Shown: positions 24,701-36,758 of the stretch, piece after piece | Layout: every line of letters starts with the position of its first letter | Numbering within the stretch: position 1 is the stretch's first letter | Assembly: GCF_003918875.1 (NCBI RefSeq) | Contig: NW_025765021.1 | Coordinates: 124,001 to 188,000 of the forward strand | Source of the DNA: Haliotis rubra | Taxonomy: Eukaryota | DNA: 64,000 nucleotides | Reading direction: 5' to 3' | Translations under genes and position numbers: made by a program | The notes under the pieces: model-generated | The model's input: only the letters and a program-made list of their open reading frames with translations | Databases searched by the model: none | Told to the model about the DNA's origin: nothing

Positions 24701-26212
24701 GCGTGGCGTATGTGAAATGTTTAATCATCCTGCATACATAGTGTATCACTTTACATTTATTTCTACAATCAGTACGTTGCATTCTAAAGTTTCTTATGTC
24801 AGTGTGTGATCTGAAGCAGAGACCATCGGTATTGGGTCTCTGTCCAGAGGGTTGGTAGGGTTGTACAACCATGCTGCATGAAGCCTTGTCACTGCAGCAA
24901 TGGCAAGCTGTGTTCCAGTTTGGCCTGAATACATGATGCAGTACNNNNNNNNNNNNNNNNNNNNNNNNNNNNNNNNNNNNNNNNNNNNNNNNNNNNNNNN
25001 NNNNNNNNNNNNNNNNNNNNNNNNNNNNNNNNNNNNNNNNNNNNNNNNNNNNNNNNNNNNNNNNNNNNNNNNNNNNNNNNNNNNNNNNNNNNNNNNNNNN
25101 NNNNNNNNNNNNNNNNNNNTATCTACCTTACCATAACTACAATTTCATTTTGGTGAATGGACACAAGTGCAAGTGACCGCTGTAGCAATTTGGGTAGAGT
25201 AAGGTTTTGTAAAGGAGAAAAATAATAACGATACTGCTGACTGTATTAACTTTCTGACAAAGCAAAATGTTTTAAATGATAACAAACTGAGATATAAACA
25301 CAAAACACGAGAAACAAACAATTGACATTTACGCATAGTATATTAAGCACAAATCATTCTGACAGACAGAAAATCAGAGTGAGTGTGATATACGATGCTT
25401 TGAAAGGCATTTCAGTTATATTCTGCGTGTCAATCTGTTGTATGAGAAAAGTCATACTTTCATATTTCCTTTGAAGTGATGCACATCTTAGACGTTTACC
25501 ACATTAGTTAAAACAACGAGACAGAAAGCGTTTTAGTTAGCCAGTACCTGCATGTTACATAGGGCTGCGCAATATAACCGATTTGCCGGTATTTACCGGT
25601 TCAGACATGAAAACGACACGTATTGCGATACGCTGATTGAAAACCGGTATTTTGACATGCATTCGGAAAACTGCGTAACTCTCGGAAATCTTCGGATATT
25701 TCCTTTTTCATCTTGTACCAATATTATTTACATATTTATTCTTTCATAATTAAAACTTTTTATTTAAGCTTAATCAAGCATAGTGATTTTGTTGTGATTT
25801 TGCTTATATATCAAGCATTAACTCGATTATAAGAAGTTTTTGGTTAAAACAACTTCTTGCAATACATTGCAATACATATCACAATATATGCTTTTGCATC
25901 GCAATAGATGGCATGGGAATTCTCTGGAATACCCACCCCTAATGTTACATCAGAAGTACACCCGGAATTAGCAATTATGTTCATTATTTTTGACAGACAT
26001 GGAGATGCCGGGCATATTAACCACTCGGACAACGAACCTGTCATGTGTTCCAAAGTAAGATGTTTCTGATGTCACACAGATTTAAATCTTCTATTTACCT
26101 TTAAGGTTTCATGCTGTTCTATTGCTCCGAATGGTCCTTCAATGGTACAACCGAATTGGCCACCAACTGTAGACAAAGCAACGTCAAATGAAGCTTTACT
26201 CTCTTCCTTCAT
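15501..26212 (-). CDS. Divergent SLC16/monocarboxylate-transporter-like MFS protein, 8 coding exons, about 582 aa
   Basis: Exons 26212-26099, 22809-22572, 21655-21389, 20824-20675, 19065-18697, 17438-17163, 16391-16266 and 15709-15501. All introns are GT-AG with compatible phases; total 1749 nt, open to TAA. Motifs: APDGGRGW, LFGYR..ALAGS, LYGVLTGIG, YFKRKRLIA, VGDNNMSIGIG, LSFYLVGG. Confidence 0.85.
16266..16391 (-). CDS. SLC16-like exon 7 (TM10-11)
   Basis: TTTTATAG|GG...GCAG|GTGGG; FTDPIILFTIPMFVGDNNMSIGIGMVTLGQGLGKFLLPYLA. Confidence 0.85.
16495..16828 (-). mobile_element. Full-length family B element with a nested, internally deleted plus-strand family B copy (16709-16806)
   Basis: Outer TSD ttttatcattatg; inner TSD ttctaacccggac. 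Confidence 0.8.
17163..17438 (-). CDS. SLC16-like exon 6
   Basis: GCCAG|GT...AAGG|GTGAG; hydrophobic TM8-TM10 segments. Confidence 0.8.
17494..17785. mobile_element. Two Penelope-derived mini-elements carrying minimal hammerhead-ribozyme-like motifs
   Basis: Minus 17529-17564: TTGATAA-C-GGTGT-loop-ACACC-GAAACGTT. Plus 17698-17737: TGC-TTGACTA-C-GGTACA-loop-TGTATC-GAAACGTC-GCA, followed by AATAAA. Confidence 0.6.
18697..19065 (-). CDS. SLC16-like exon 5
   Basis: GTAACAG|GC...GGAG|GTAAC; GIGQNMIYVSSLSAVMEYFKRKRLIA. Confidence 0.9.
20675..20824 (-). CDS. SLC16-like exon 4
   Basis: CTTGCAG|GT...ACAG|GTATG; GVFSSTLVLLFGYRCTALAGSLVVGLG...LYGVLT. Confidence 0.9.
20893..21150 (-). mobile_element. 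Nimb/I-clade LINE 3' end fragment
   Basis: Reverse complement matches the 3' UTR and tail of the element ending at 43469 (ctag.atggtgatctacc...gatatggctg...gtgacgttaaatattaactcact). Confidence 0.7.
21389..21655 (-). CDS. SLC16-like exon 3 (extended loop 1 and TM2)
   Basis: TCTTTCAG|CG...TTTG|GTAAC; 267 nt, phase 1-1, open frame. Confidence 0.75.
22287..22441 (+). mobile_element. tRNA-derived SINE, family C
   Basis: TSD gttgaacaa; A and B boxes. Confidence 0.8.
22572..22809 (-). CDS. SLC16-like exon 2 (PDGG motif, TM1, S/T/P-rich loop)
   Basis: TTCACAG|AAC...GCAG|GTAAA; NPDESTVTPAPDGGRGWIILLAACLLL. Confidence 0.9.
23121..23250 (-). mobile_element. Family C SINE, 5'-truncated
   Basis: TSD atcgtgtctggact. 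Confidence 0.75.
23596..23650. repeat. (GCGTG)n pentanucleotide microsatellite; resumes at 24666-24709
   Basis: Seen directly. Confidence 0.9.
23652..24145. mobile_element. Tc1/mariner-type MITE
   Basis: TA|cagagtcgtgcaaaaaagtattcggaca ... tgtccgaatactttttgcacgactctg|TA; imperfect TIRs extend about 100 bp. Confidence 0.85.
24150..24664 (+). mobile_element. SINE with CORE-like 3' half (related to the 44.6 kb element)
   Basis: Degenerate tRNA-like head; ccacccagctgtg..gagtacc, ctccccagggagttg and agcgcc..ggatat..gcgc.atataa are shared with 44570-44910. Confidence 0.55.
24945..25119. other. Assembly gap (175 N)
   Basis: Run of N inside SLC16-like intron 1. Confidence 1.
25560..25941. mobile_element. 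hAT-type MITE
   Basis: Ends taggg...cccta with an exact 8-bp TSD ATGTTACA (25552-25559 and 25942-25949); subterminal (T)ATCGC/ATTGC-type repeats. Confidence 0.8.
26099..26212 (-). CDS. SLC16-like probable exon 1 (start codon)
   Basis: ATG AAG GAA...TTA AAG|GTAAAT gives a phase-0 donor matching the phase-0 acceptor of exon 2; upstream acceptor near 26316. Confidence 0.6.
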
Positions 26213-27053
26213 CTCCACGTGGTGTATCCTTCCCCAGAAACAGATACAACAGTACCTATGACAGACTGTCACGCTGCTCCGTTCTCAGTGCAGGTGATAT
26301 TGCTTTAGTAGGTACCTGATATATATTGTATCCATTATTGATTTTTACGTCAGAGCAATTAGATTCTGTTATACACCCCAGTGGAAAACGGCTTCATTAA
26401 TAATGTGTTCTCATAATACCAGAGCATTATTTCCCCATGGAATTGAAAGTAGTCCTTGATTTGAAAGGTAATGATCAGACATTGTTTCTGAATTTATGTC
26501 CTTACGACAAACTGTTTTGTTGTCTACAAAACATCCCTTTATCAACAACCCATTAGTGCAGTGGTAAGGCGTCTGCCTATCACCCTGAAGGCCCGGGTTC
26601 GATCCCCGGATGCATTACTATTAGATCTTAAAACTTGAGGTCGTGATTTTATAATTAAGGGCTTTAAATAACCGACTTCACAGTTCCGGTTGGTAAACTG
26701 TCTTTTGTAGTAGATAAAAACCTATACCTTTTTCACAATCAAGAAAGAGTACCATTCAACTAAATTGTCGAGCATGACAGTAGAAATTTGGAAACTGAAT
26801 TTAATTAAAGATTTACAAACGTTTTTTTTTTCTTTATCAAAACGCTGCAAACGTAACGGCCAAATATCTAAATGGGAGTGTCCTCCGGCTAGATGTTGCT
26901 GGAATAGCGGCGTAAAACCATATTCACTAACTCACTAATTTGGAAGATGAACGTGCAGCAGTGAAAATAAATCGCTAAATAGCAATATTTCAGGTATCCG
27001 TACATATATGCACATGCATATGGTAGAAAATGTAACGTTGTATCGTCGCCACA

Positions 27054-27205
27054 GTGGTTTTACGTCACTTTTAGCAATATTCCAGCGATATCACAGCGGG
27101 AGACACCAGAAATGGTCTTCACACATTGTACCCATGTGGGGAATCGAACCCGGTTCTTTGGCGTTACGTGCGAAAGCTTTAAACACTAGGCTACCCCGCC
27201 GCCCT
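27054..27205 (-). mobile_element. tRNA-derived SINE, family C
   Basis: Reverse complement of the family C consensus. Confidence 0.75.
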
Positions 27206-28239
27206 CCCTTATTTGAAAGCCTTCAGAGAGTTATACACGTCCTCTTAACGATATTGTTGTGAAACACCGAACTGCCTGTCAACCGCTGTCGTTCATCATT
27301 GAGACACACTGTATGCAGCTGACATACGACAGCTACCATTGCTAACGCAAGGCAAACAATACCAGCTCATAAAACCGCAATGAGGGTAGGTGAGATCAGC
27401 AACCAAAGGCTTAACGGTGAACAAAGGCTATTTAACATCATAATGTTTTCAACCAGGTTGAACGGAAATCGCGATGATTAATTAATGTACACATAAATGT
27501 CGGATGGCTTTGTATTAGATAGCATCTTTGTATAGAAGCACGTTATACACACACAAGCACTAATGGGTGTATGTGCTTTGTGAGTGATGGGACGGGCGAT
27601 GGACATCTAAAATCAATTGCATGACTAGTATATCTGTTTCGCACATTGTTTTCATTCCATAATGTTTAGGGACGGTGGGGTAGCCTAGTGGTTTAAGCGT
27701 TTGCTCGTCACGATTATTATTGCTAGTAAATATTTGTGGGTGTAATTTGAAACGTTGACACAACCTTTTGTAATAGAATCAGATTTTATCTGTTAGTATG
27801 CCATTTCTTATGTTAACGAATTTGATGACCTTGGACAACAATAAACCTATCCCACCAATGCTTAACGTCAAAACAATCATGTCTTTTTTCATCCTATCAC
27901 TTTAAATGCTAATACAAACACATCTATATAGAAAGGGTGAACACATTTGTGAAAGCAGACACATAGGGAACATATTTCAATGTTAATGAACCTGTAAAAA
28001 TACAAACCTTCCAGGAAAACGTTACAAGGACTTACAGGACGCAATAAAGGAAAGCTATGCCACATTGAACCAACAATTTCCACTCTAAATATCTATACAT
28101 ACGCACTGATATATAAAAGACATTTGTATTACAACAACCCCAGGCCAAGACTAGTTGTCTTTGTTGACATAAGGTGTGTTTCCAGTGCATATTTATCCAA
28201 AACAGCTCAAATTTAAGTTAATTCTTATCAATTGCATAT

Positions 28240-28405
28240 AGGTTCGCTGACTTGGTTGACACGTGTCATCGGTTCCCATTTGCGCAGATCGATGGTCATG
28301 CTGTTGATCACTGGATTGTCTGGTCCAGACTCGATTATTTACAGACCTCCGCCATATAGCTGGAATATTGTTGAGTGTGGCGTAAAACGAAACTCACTCA
28401 CTCAC
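28240..28405 (+). mobile_element. Family B element, 5'-truncated
   Basis: Body and (ACTC)n tail; TSD tatcaatt.cata. Confidence 0.8.
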
Positions 28406-30318
28406 TATCAATTTCATATGCTCTCCTCGAGGTGCCTCGAAAGTGTTCATATATTACCGAAAATGATGCAGAGGTTGAAGTGAGTATATCATTTCCTCTT
28501 TCTTTTCGACCAACCAGCATCATCTTACAGCCTGTCAAACACCTGATATTGTATCTATTTTCCTGACACTGACGTACGAGGCACCGTTAAAGCGAATGGG
28601 ACTTCGTATGGAATAGTTTCGTGTTTTCCGAACTTTGAGAGTCACAATAGTGTCAAATGCAATGGGATGGTTCTATGATTTCACTGCATATAAGAAATGA
28701 ACTGTGTACTGTATGAAAATACGAAGGTAATGGTTGTATGCCTGGATATCTTCGGGCCTATTCCTAAAAATTATATCCATGGCGCCCTCTACATAATCTG
28801 GGTGGTATCTCTGGACCTAAGCCAATATAAGTACGGTAATATAGGTATCGAGCCACGCCATCATGTCGCTCAACATATTGTTTGCACCAATGCTGTACAG
28901 CAAACGGGAATTTCACAACATCAATTGCCTAATGGGTCTTTTATCATGTCCACACTTACATAATGAACCTTTATGACCAAGTAGTGGGAAAATGACGACA
29001 AAACCCCTTTCCACACCCATATGAAAACTCTGCTTAAAGCAGAGTCGATTATACAATTCCGACTATATCATGAATAAGTGTTTGTTTAACCCTGCATTCA
29101 GCAGTATTACAGAACGACGTGGTCTGTAAACGATCGCGTTCAAACAGTTCAGAGTATATCAGATTTGTTTTGTCTGTCAATAGAAATGAAACAGGGCTTG
29201 TGATCAAACTATATCGTATTCTTCATTCCTTCGTATTCTTTGTTTTCATCGATCGGAGTTAATCCAGGAGAATGTCTCTTCTTCATTTTAGGTTCAGTTT
29301 TTTCTCGAGGGTGAATCGGTACTAAATGTTTACCCTTGCCACATAGACCACCTTCGGACACGTCCTTGGACATGTTTATATATCGACAAGGCAAGTTCTT
29401 GTGTCCAGTCAGTAGGTCCATGTCGCCGTGCTTGTCCACCACTGTTGTTGAATGTTACATTTAAAACATTCACAAGTGTCCCAGAAAGTCTAATAGATAA
29501 ACCCTTGATGAACAATGTGCTCAGCTTCTTGTTTCACAGAAGTACACATAGACCACCTTCTTCCCGACATCTTCACTACCGAGCATCTTTATGTCTCGAC
29601 AAGAAGGTTGTTTTTTCCACTTACATGTGTCTATTTACGAAAAGATCTTTCCAACTCCAAGTGCTTCACAGATAAAACCACCGACAGCACCCACCACTCA
29701 CACAATCTACGAAAAAAATATGTTTGCTGCCTGATGTCCGAGGGACGGCGGCCTGGAAACAGTCGAGCCTTGATCAGATACGGCACTACTGCGAGTTCGC
29801 TGATTGCCTGGAAACTAAAACGATATGCAGCATAATACACCATGGGAATGTTATATCTATCTGTCAACTTCTGTTCACTTTAATATGTCATGTAATATGA
29901 ATCTCCGACAATATTATACATTTCCATAAATTTATGAAAGTGACAATCCATTCTTAGAGTTTTCACTTTGAACAGTGAATGACAAGGGTGAGTGCTGTCA
30001 TACAAAAGATCATTCTTGGATTGATCTTGGATTCGAACCTAGGGTAGTGGATTCAGGCACGGATCGGCATGGGATTTGCATGGTATATGATCAAAATAGT
30101 ATTGTAAGCCACATTTTTAAACCATCAAACTTGTAATTTTTAAAATTGTTGAAGAAATAAATAATGACCGACTTAGTAAACACTTGGAAAATGATTAGCT
30201 AGCAATTTTGCAAAAATCGGTTCAGGTTTGTATAAATGTCTCCTACATAAAGTGGTTAAATTGGATGAAAGAAACTCATTTTCCCATTCTCTGCATGTTG
30301 GATACTGAAGTCCGGAGT

Positions 30319-30680
30319 TGAGGTGAGGTGAAATTGGGTTTTACGTCGTGCTTGAGAATATTTCGCTCATATGACGACGTGCATGCGTGTGTATGTGTAT
30401 GTGTATGTGCGGCTGCTTCTACTAGCCCAGACTTAAGCTGGTTTTATAGCGCTAGCCCACTGAGATACCATGCCGCAGTGAAGCATGAATACCCCACTCA
30501 GACACATTATACTGACTCCGAGCCGACCAGTCCTTGTTGTACCCATTAATGCCGAGCGCCAGACAGGGACCAACAAGTACCATATTTAAACGTCTTTTGG
30601 TATGACGCGGTCGGGGATCGAACCCGCGACCTTCCGCTCTCCGGGCGGACGCTCTAACCACTACACCACGGAGGCGGTCC
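30319..30680 (-). mobile_element. tRNA-derived SINE, family A (Meta-domain-like middle)
   Basis: Head GGTGTAGTGGTTAGAGCG...GGGTTCGATCCC; middle GTCATACCAAAAGAC..ATGGTAC..CCCTG.CTGGCGCTCGGCA; (CACCT)n tail; TSD ctgaagtccgga. Confidence 0.85.
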
Positions 30681-30715
30681 TCTGAAGTCCGGATCATTTG
30701 TCAGTTGTCAAATCA

Positions 30716-30940
30716 GAGTGAGTGAGTGAGTGAGTTTAGTTTTACGCCGCACTCACCAATATTCCAGCTGTATGGCGGCGGTCTGTAAATAATCGAGTCT
30801 GGACCAGACAATCGAGTGATCAACAGCATGAGCATCGATCTACGCAATTGGGAACCGATGACATCTGTCAACCAAGTCATCGAGCCTGACCACCCGATCC
30901 CGTTAGTCGCCTCTTACGACAAGCATAGTCGCCTTTTGTG
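30716..30940 (-). mobile_element. Family B element, 5'-truncated
   Basis: TSD tgtcaaatcaga. Confidence 0.85.
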
Positions 30941-33006
30941 TGTCAAATCAGAATACCAAGTGTTTGTTGAGTAATCTGTGTCAGGTCTGTGTCAGATAAC
31001 GGGAGGTAACTGATAACGCTAATCGATGTTGTTCAGGACTTTCCTCGTTGGAGACCCGTGGCGAAACAGGAAGAAAACTGTCTTGTTTCCTTGTCGTTAT
31101 CTTCTGGTAGTACTGCAAAGGTGACGTTCAGGAGAGTTTGAAACAGACAGGGTCGGCTTTTGTTTTGTATTTACAACGTGTCTTAAGACTGTTTGTTATT
31201 TAACGTCGAAGTTAGATAATACTGGAAATATACGCATCATCAAATGCGTACCCCTGACCGAATGTGCGCCATGAAATTAGTACGCGTAGACCTGCCTTTG
31301 AGACTTACAAAAACTAACAAGCAAGCGATAGGATCAAGACTGGCGAGGTAACCTGGAAACCCTTGAACAATGTGCAGATCAGTGTCTAGATCTCATTTAC
31401 ATCATGAGCTTTCTTATATTTTTCATTGTTGCTAGCTAAGTGTAATGAGCCTGACTTAGTAGGGTACTCCAATACGCCCTGATCACATACGTATATTCGC
31501 ATTAATTTCATTGTCGCATTAATTTTTAAGGATTTACACTCATCCAGATATCACTATAAAATGATCGAGTCAAAGCAAGTATGGGCCAGAAACGATTTGA
31601 CATGTTGAATGTAAGGCAACAAGATATGGTTCTACCAACACACACACGCGCGCATGAACGTCGTGTAACTGAAATCATCGACGTTAAGGATAAGTTCACC
31701 TATCTTCAATGATTTCGAAGATTGTACGTAAGAGGACTCGCAGTTAAACCAGCAAACAAGAAAGAAATGTTTAATTAACAAAAGTATTATTGCGTTTTAA
31801 GAATAACTAGAATTACAAATCACATTATCAATACAAACTTGAGAGTGTAATTACAGCAACAAAGACAGTGATGATTATATTCAACTAGCTGCAACTGCAA
31901 TAACGGTCAAGCTTTCAAAAGGTGATCTTCACACAACTTGTGATGTTAGAAAATTGAGACATCCTAAACCCACCCACCCACCACACCCACACCCAACACC
32001 TATATCCACATCCACATCCACATCCACACCCAAATCTATACCCACATCCACATCCACCCCCACCCGCCAACGGATAGACGTTTACACTGTTTGTATATGT
32101 TATTTCTTGAGCAGTTTAGATTGATACATATCAAAGGCAAAGTGTTATACAATTTAAGGCAAGGTAGTTAGTTTATCCTCACTTCAATACACCGAGGAAA
32201 TCATGCACACAGCAGATCCATGTGTTTTTTTATCCACAATCAGTACACTACATGTACATAAGAATGTCATAGTCGTTCTCAGGAAAGCTATCATTACCCG
32301 TTGCCATAAGTTCAAGGATATTATATACGACGGCACTGCCACATTCATCGTAAGACAGGGTGTCATGGGACCAATTTTGAGAATAGCAGTTGAATGTGTA
32401 GAAAGTATTCAATGAGATCCACTCCGTGCAATGGCGTGGAAGAAAATTCCCGAACAGACCAACGCTTTGGCAGACACCAAAGTGTCAAACAATGGTAGTA
32501 AATGTTCACAGAAGTAGCAAAAGGACTGAATGTAATTTGTTAGTTTAGTTATATAATGCTGATAGATTTCATACATTCTGGTCAAACGTTTCCATCTCTA
32601 AGTGCTTCCAAGGTCGTATTCTATATTATCTGTTTTCAACGATAGGCCAACTATTCTACTCACATTTTTTAAAACATTTGAATCAGTTTTATCCAATTAA
32701 ATACAAGTTACACATATTGTATAAAAACAATCACCATACCATAAGCATGAGGTAATGAATTACTATCAAATAATAACGACACAAAGCTTACAGTAAACGG
32801 TGATGGTATCCCGGCCCATCGGTGAAACAATCCATGCAAAAGCACGTCAAATGTTCATTTGAAAAATCATGGGAACATATAGTACAAGTCAGAATAGGGC
32901 ATTGTAACAAACATTCTTTGTATCACTGATGCGTCAATATTTAAAATGCCACAGCATGCATTATAAATCAAGTTGACATGTTTACAAAGGTGTTAAATCA
33001 AACATC

Positions 33007-35503
33007 TCAAGTCTTGAGGCATTGGCTGACCTCCACCCACAGCCTGCCTTCATCGCCCCTGTATCTACCCACACTGAAGATGTATCTCTCCTCCACAACG
33101 TTCAGTAAGGTGGGAGGGATGTCCCCTCGTCTCACGTCCTCAAACAACACCAGAACAATGCTCCCTGCGGGCATTCTAGAAGACGAATACACAACACGGT
33201 TGACAATGAAGCGGCACCACTGATCCTCTAAGAAAGGACTGAGTGATAATGAGGACCATTTTCCAACTGGAATCTATTCCGTCGATGATGTCGTCAGCAA
33301 TTTGTCCTCCAGGGATGGTGTCTCTGTGCTTGAGGAATAGCTTAAGCCCGCTCTGATCTTCTAGGTGAGCTCTGACTGTGTGACAAATATATTGGTAATC
33401 GCTATCACTGTATCCGATGTACGCATCATTGGGAAAATCATTTCTTGTCAAGGCCTTCTTCACTGTCTTGAAACCGAACATCCGAAGAATTATATTGACG
33501 AGTAGAGTTTTTCTTTGATTTATCATTGATACTATACCCATTGCTAACAGAAATATGACTGCAAGTATTATGCTTATATACAACCAGAACGTTCCAGAGC
33601 ACCGTCGCCATTCTTCATCGTGGTGCTCAAAGATGTAGGTGGTGTTCACCACAGATCCGTCGTCCCTTACACATTGGTGGTTTCTTTTTTGTAGTTGAAC
33701 CTTTGATTTGAACAACCACATTATAAAGTCTAGCGTCTTACAGCCACAGGTAAGAAGGTTCCCATCAAGATTCAGGGAGAAGTTATTTTGGGTTGCCAGG
33801 TCATCAAGTTGTTTCATTTCAGTTGATGATAGAACAGTCAGTGAGTTAAAACTGAGGTCAAGCTGACATAGATGAGGCACTGTTGTTACATCAATTGGGA
33901 CAGTCGAAAATCTGTTATTTGACAAAATCAGCTTCCTCAGCGCAGTGCCTTGAAACATATTTACATCCAAAAGTCGAAGGTTATTGGAACTTAGGCTTAG
34001 TGTATGTAAATGAGATAAATGAGACAATAACTCATGCTTAAGTCGAAATAGTACATCTCCCTGATCAAGATTAGCATCAGCCATAATTAGATATTCAAGC
34101 TTAGGACAGCACTTAAAAGCTGACACAGTTGTTCCTGCAATATTGCTACCCGAGATATCCAAATAGGTCAAACCTTCGATTCCCGCGACTTTGCTGCTGA
34201 ATCTGTCAAGACCTGCATATGATATATCAAGATGTCTTAGAGATGAGGCATTATAGAAATTAATATTATAAAAACAACCTACGTTCTTGGGGCTGAAACG
34301 TAAATTTACCAATTTCTCAGGTAATGTGATTCCAAGAGTGATATTTGATTTTTGGCATACCTGAAAATTTCGTACACTTTTGGGTCCTTGTTTGGCACCA
34401 TAACTGTTTGACAAATCTAGAGAGATAAGGTTTGGCAAATATGACAACATTATCAGGACTTCCGGGTCTCCACATAAGTCATTACCAGACAAATCAATAA
34501 TCTTGACACACGACGCAAGTCGTGATCCTCCATTGCTCAACATTGCTGAAGAGATCCATAATATTCTGCTGTTGGTCATTTCAAATCTTTCAACACAGAT
34601 ATTTTTCAGGGATAAAATTGTTTGGTTATCTAATATTCTCAGCGTTAACAAATCCACAAGGTTGAAATATTTGAATATGTTATTGATCATGATCGATGTC
34701 ATGTTATTTTTTCTTAACCCATACAATGCAGATACAGCTTCTTTAGGGGATAACGGGAATGCATTTGAAAGATTCAAGTTTTTTATACCTTTGAAGTGTG
34801 CAAAGGCATTTATCTGTATCGAAATAATCGGACAGTAACGAAGATCAACGGTTTCAACAGTAACATTGGCAAAGGATTCAAATGTATCATTACTGATACG
34901 TGACAATTTACAGTTACCAAAGCCGAGTAACAAAAATTTCAGACGTTGCAGTCTGGCAAATCCTTGTCCAAAATGAGTGTCTTCAAAAGTGTCAATTTTC
35001 AATTCTTTGAGATTCCCGAGTTTTCCTATTGCATTGTCTGGATATTGACCTACAGGACGAATATCGTTGTTGTGCAGATGGATCTTTTGGAGCTTCTGTA
35101 GAGGCAGAAAAACATTATCCGGGTAAGTAGTCGAAGTTAGTGACAGTTTATTGTCATTCAGATACAGTTCCTCGATGTTTGGTATGAACCAAAATGCCCC
35201 AGCATCAAGACGCTCAATACCATTAAATGCAATCTGCAAATACCTTAGAGAAGACAAAATCAGTGATTTGTTGGGGAGGCTTGAAATGATATTGAACCTC
35301 AGATCCAAACTCGTCGTGTTATTCGGCAGATCTTGGGGTAGGCTTGTTAAGTTCCTCTTACTGCAGTTAACATAGGTTCCTTGATAGAAGACATCCGGTG
35401 AAGTAGTGCAACCATGTGTGGATCCTGCGCCGATAGATCCAAGGATAATCAATAATGAAACTGATCCCTCAAAATAGAGTAACCGTCTCTGGTGGGTTTG
35501 CAT
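33007..35503 (-). pseudogene. Toll-like receptor A (single-cysteine-cluster type) with a +1 frameshift in the TIR domain; null allele, young pseudogene or consensus error
   Basis: Signal peptide, LRRNT, LRRs, LRRCT (GNLLTCGC..DFIMWL), TM and TIR are open for 775 aa. One extra base near 33229 shifts the EDQWCRF...LWVEVSQCLKT* end into another frame (33007-33228). Confidence 0.85.
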
Positions 35504-35579
35504 CTAAAATGGAAATATAGAAAGCCTTTCAGACATTTCAACGAAACAACTCGACTAATGACTTAAATGAAAGTTATCC

Positions 35580-35778
35580 TTCTTTGAGTGGCATTTTAGA
35601 AGTTGGGAAGTACAATATAGAACAAACTTTATGGATAACAACTTCTTTTATTCGTGAGTGCAACGTTCCGATACAGATTCTTGTACCGTTGTCAAGCATG
35701 ACAACGGTACAAGAATCTCTATATCAACGTTACACTGACAAATAAAAGAAGTTGTTATCCATAAAGTTTGTTCTATTT
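35580..35778. mobile_element. Palindromic Penelope-derived mini-element
   Basis: About 80-bp inverted arms (aatatagaacaaactttatggataacaacttcttttatt... and its reverse complement); flanked by duplicated tgaaagttatcc. Confidence 0.75.
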
Positions 35779-36339
35779 TGAAAGTTATCCGTTCCGATTA
35801 CTATTTTGTTTGACTCTTAAAACTTTCGTTGTTGCTATGTGCAGCGTTAGGCAAAAATATATGAAATATGTTTTTAAAAAAAAACGTGATTGACTTTGCA
35901 GTCTCAGCAGAAAATGACTACCCATTTCGCAAAAACTTGGAGTCAACAACTATTTTCAGTGATTCTTTCATATATTTGTCATCACTATTTTGAATCTTAT
36001 GGACTCTATTTCGTCGAATAAACGAACCTGGTTATTTTTTCTTAGGGTGTATTCTGTGCTCTAATAGCTCAATATAAACTGTATGGGTAAACGTTTCAAC
36101 ACTCACAAAAAGGTTAGTAAAAACTATTTTAGTATGTCAAATAGGTTATGTCATGAACAGATGCAGACATGCTAAAACCCAGTATACTTTTGTTAAATGA
36201 GCATTTGAACCTTTAACACTGGCCTTGACCTTTGAAAGTGAGTAAACCTTATTCCAGAAATGATTACACAATAGAACGGAATATATGACGGTGCTTACGT
36301 GTCATTTTCATGAGGTGTTCAAGCTTGTTGACAAACAAA

Positions 36340-36440
36340 TGAGTGAGTGTGTGAGTTAGTTTGATTTTACGCTGCTTTTAGCAATATTCCAGCAATATCA
36401 CGGCGGGGGACACCAGAAATGGGCTTAACACATTGTACCT
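36340..36440 (-). mobile_element. Family C SINE 3' fragment
   Basis: TSD aaacaaatga; consensus tail. Confidence 0.75.
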
Positions 36441-36460
36441 AGATAAACAAATGAACACCA

Positions 36461-36758
36461 AGGTGAAGTGAAATGGGGTTTAACGTCATACTTAAGATTA
36501 TTTCGCTCATATGACGACGTGCATGCTTGTGTATGTCTGGCTGCTTGTACTAGCCCAGACTTAGTTAGAATACCCCTCTCAGACACATTATACTGACTAC
36601 GAGCCGACCAGTCCTTGTTTTACCCATTAATGCCGAGCGCCAGGCAGGGACCAACAAGTACATTTTAACGTCTTTTGGTATGACGCGGGCGGGAATCGAA
36701 CCCGCGGACTTCCGCTCTCCGGGGGGACGCTGTTACCACTACACAACGTAGGCGGTCT
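36461..36758 (-). mobile_element. SINE family A
   Basis: Matches the 30319-30680 copy with an internal deletion. Confidence 0.85.

Noticed and set aside
29209-29867. Cluster of short ORFs that might be a gene or a LINE ORF1 relic
   Set aside because: No motif I can recognise; frames are short and interrupted.
30610-30680. Apparent tRNA genes (also about 4800, 12500, 26560, 37360, 44580, 54180, 60500)
   Set aside because: These are tRNA-derived SINE heads that continue into shared bodies and tails with TSDs; none shows a complete acceptor stem.
32978-35375. Plus-strand ORFs overlapping the TLRs (also 50346-50648, 52161-52355, 59478-59741)
   Set aside because: Antisense shadows of the TLR coding sequences.
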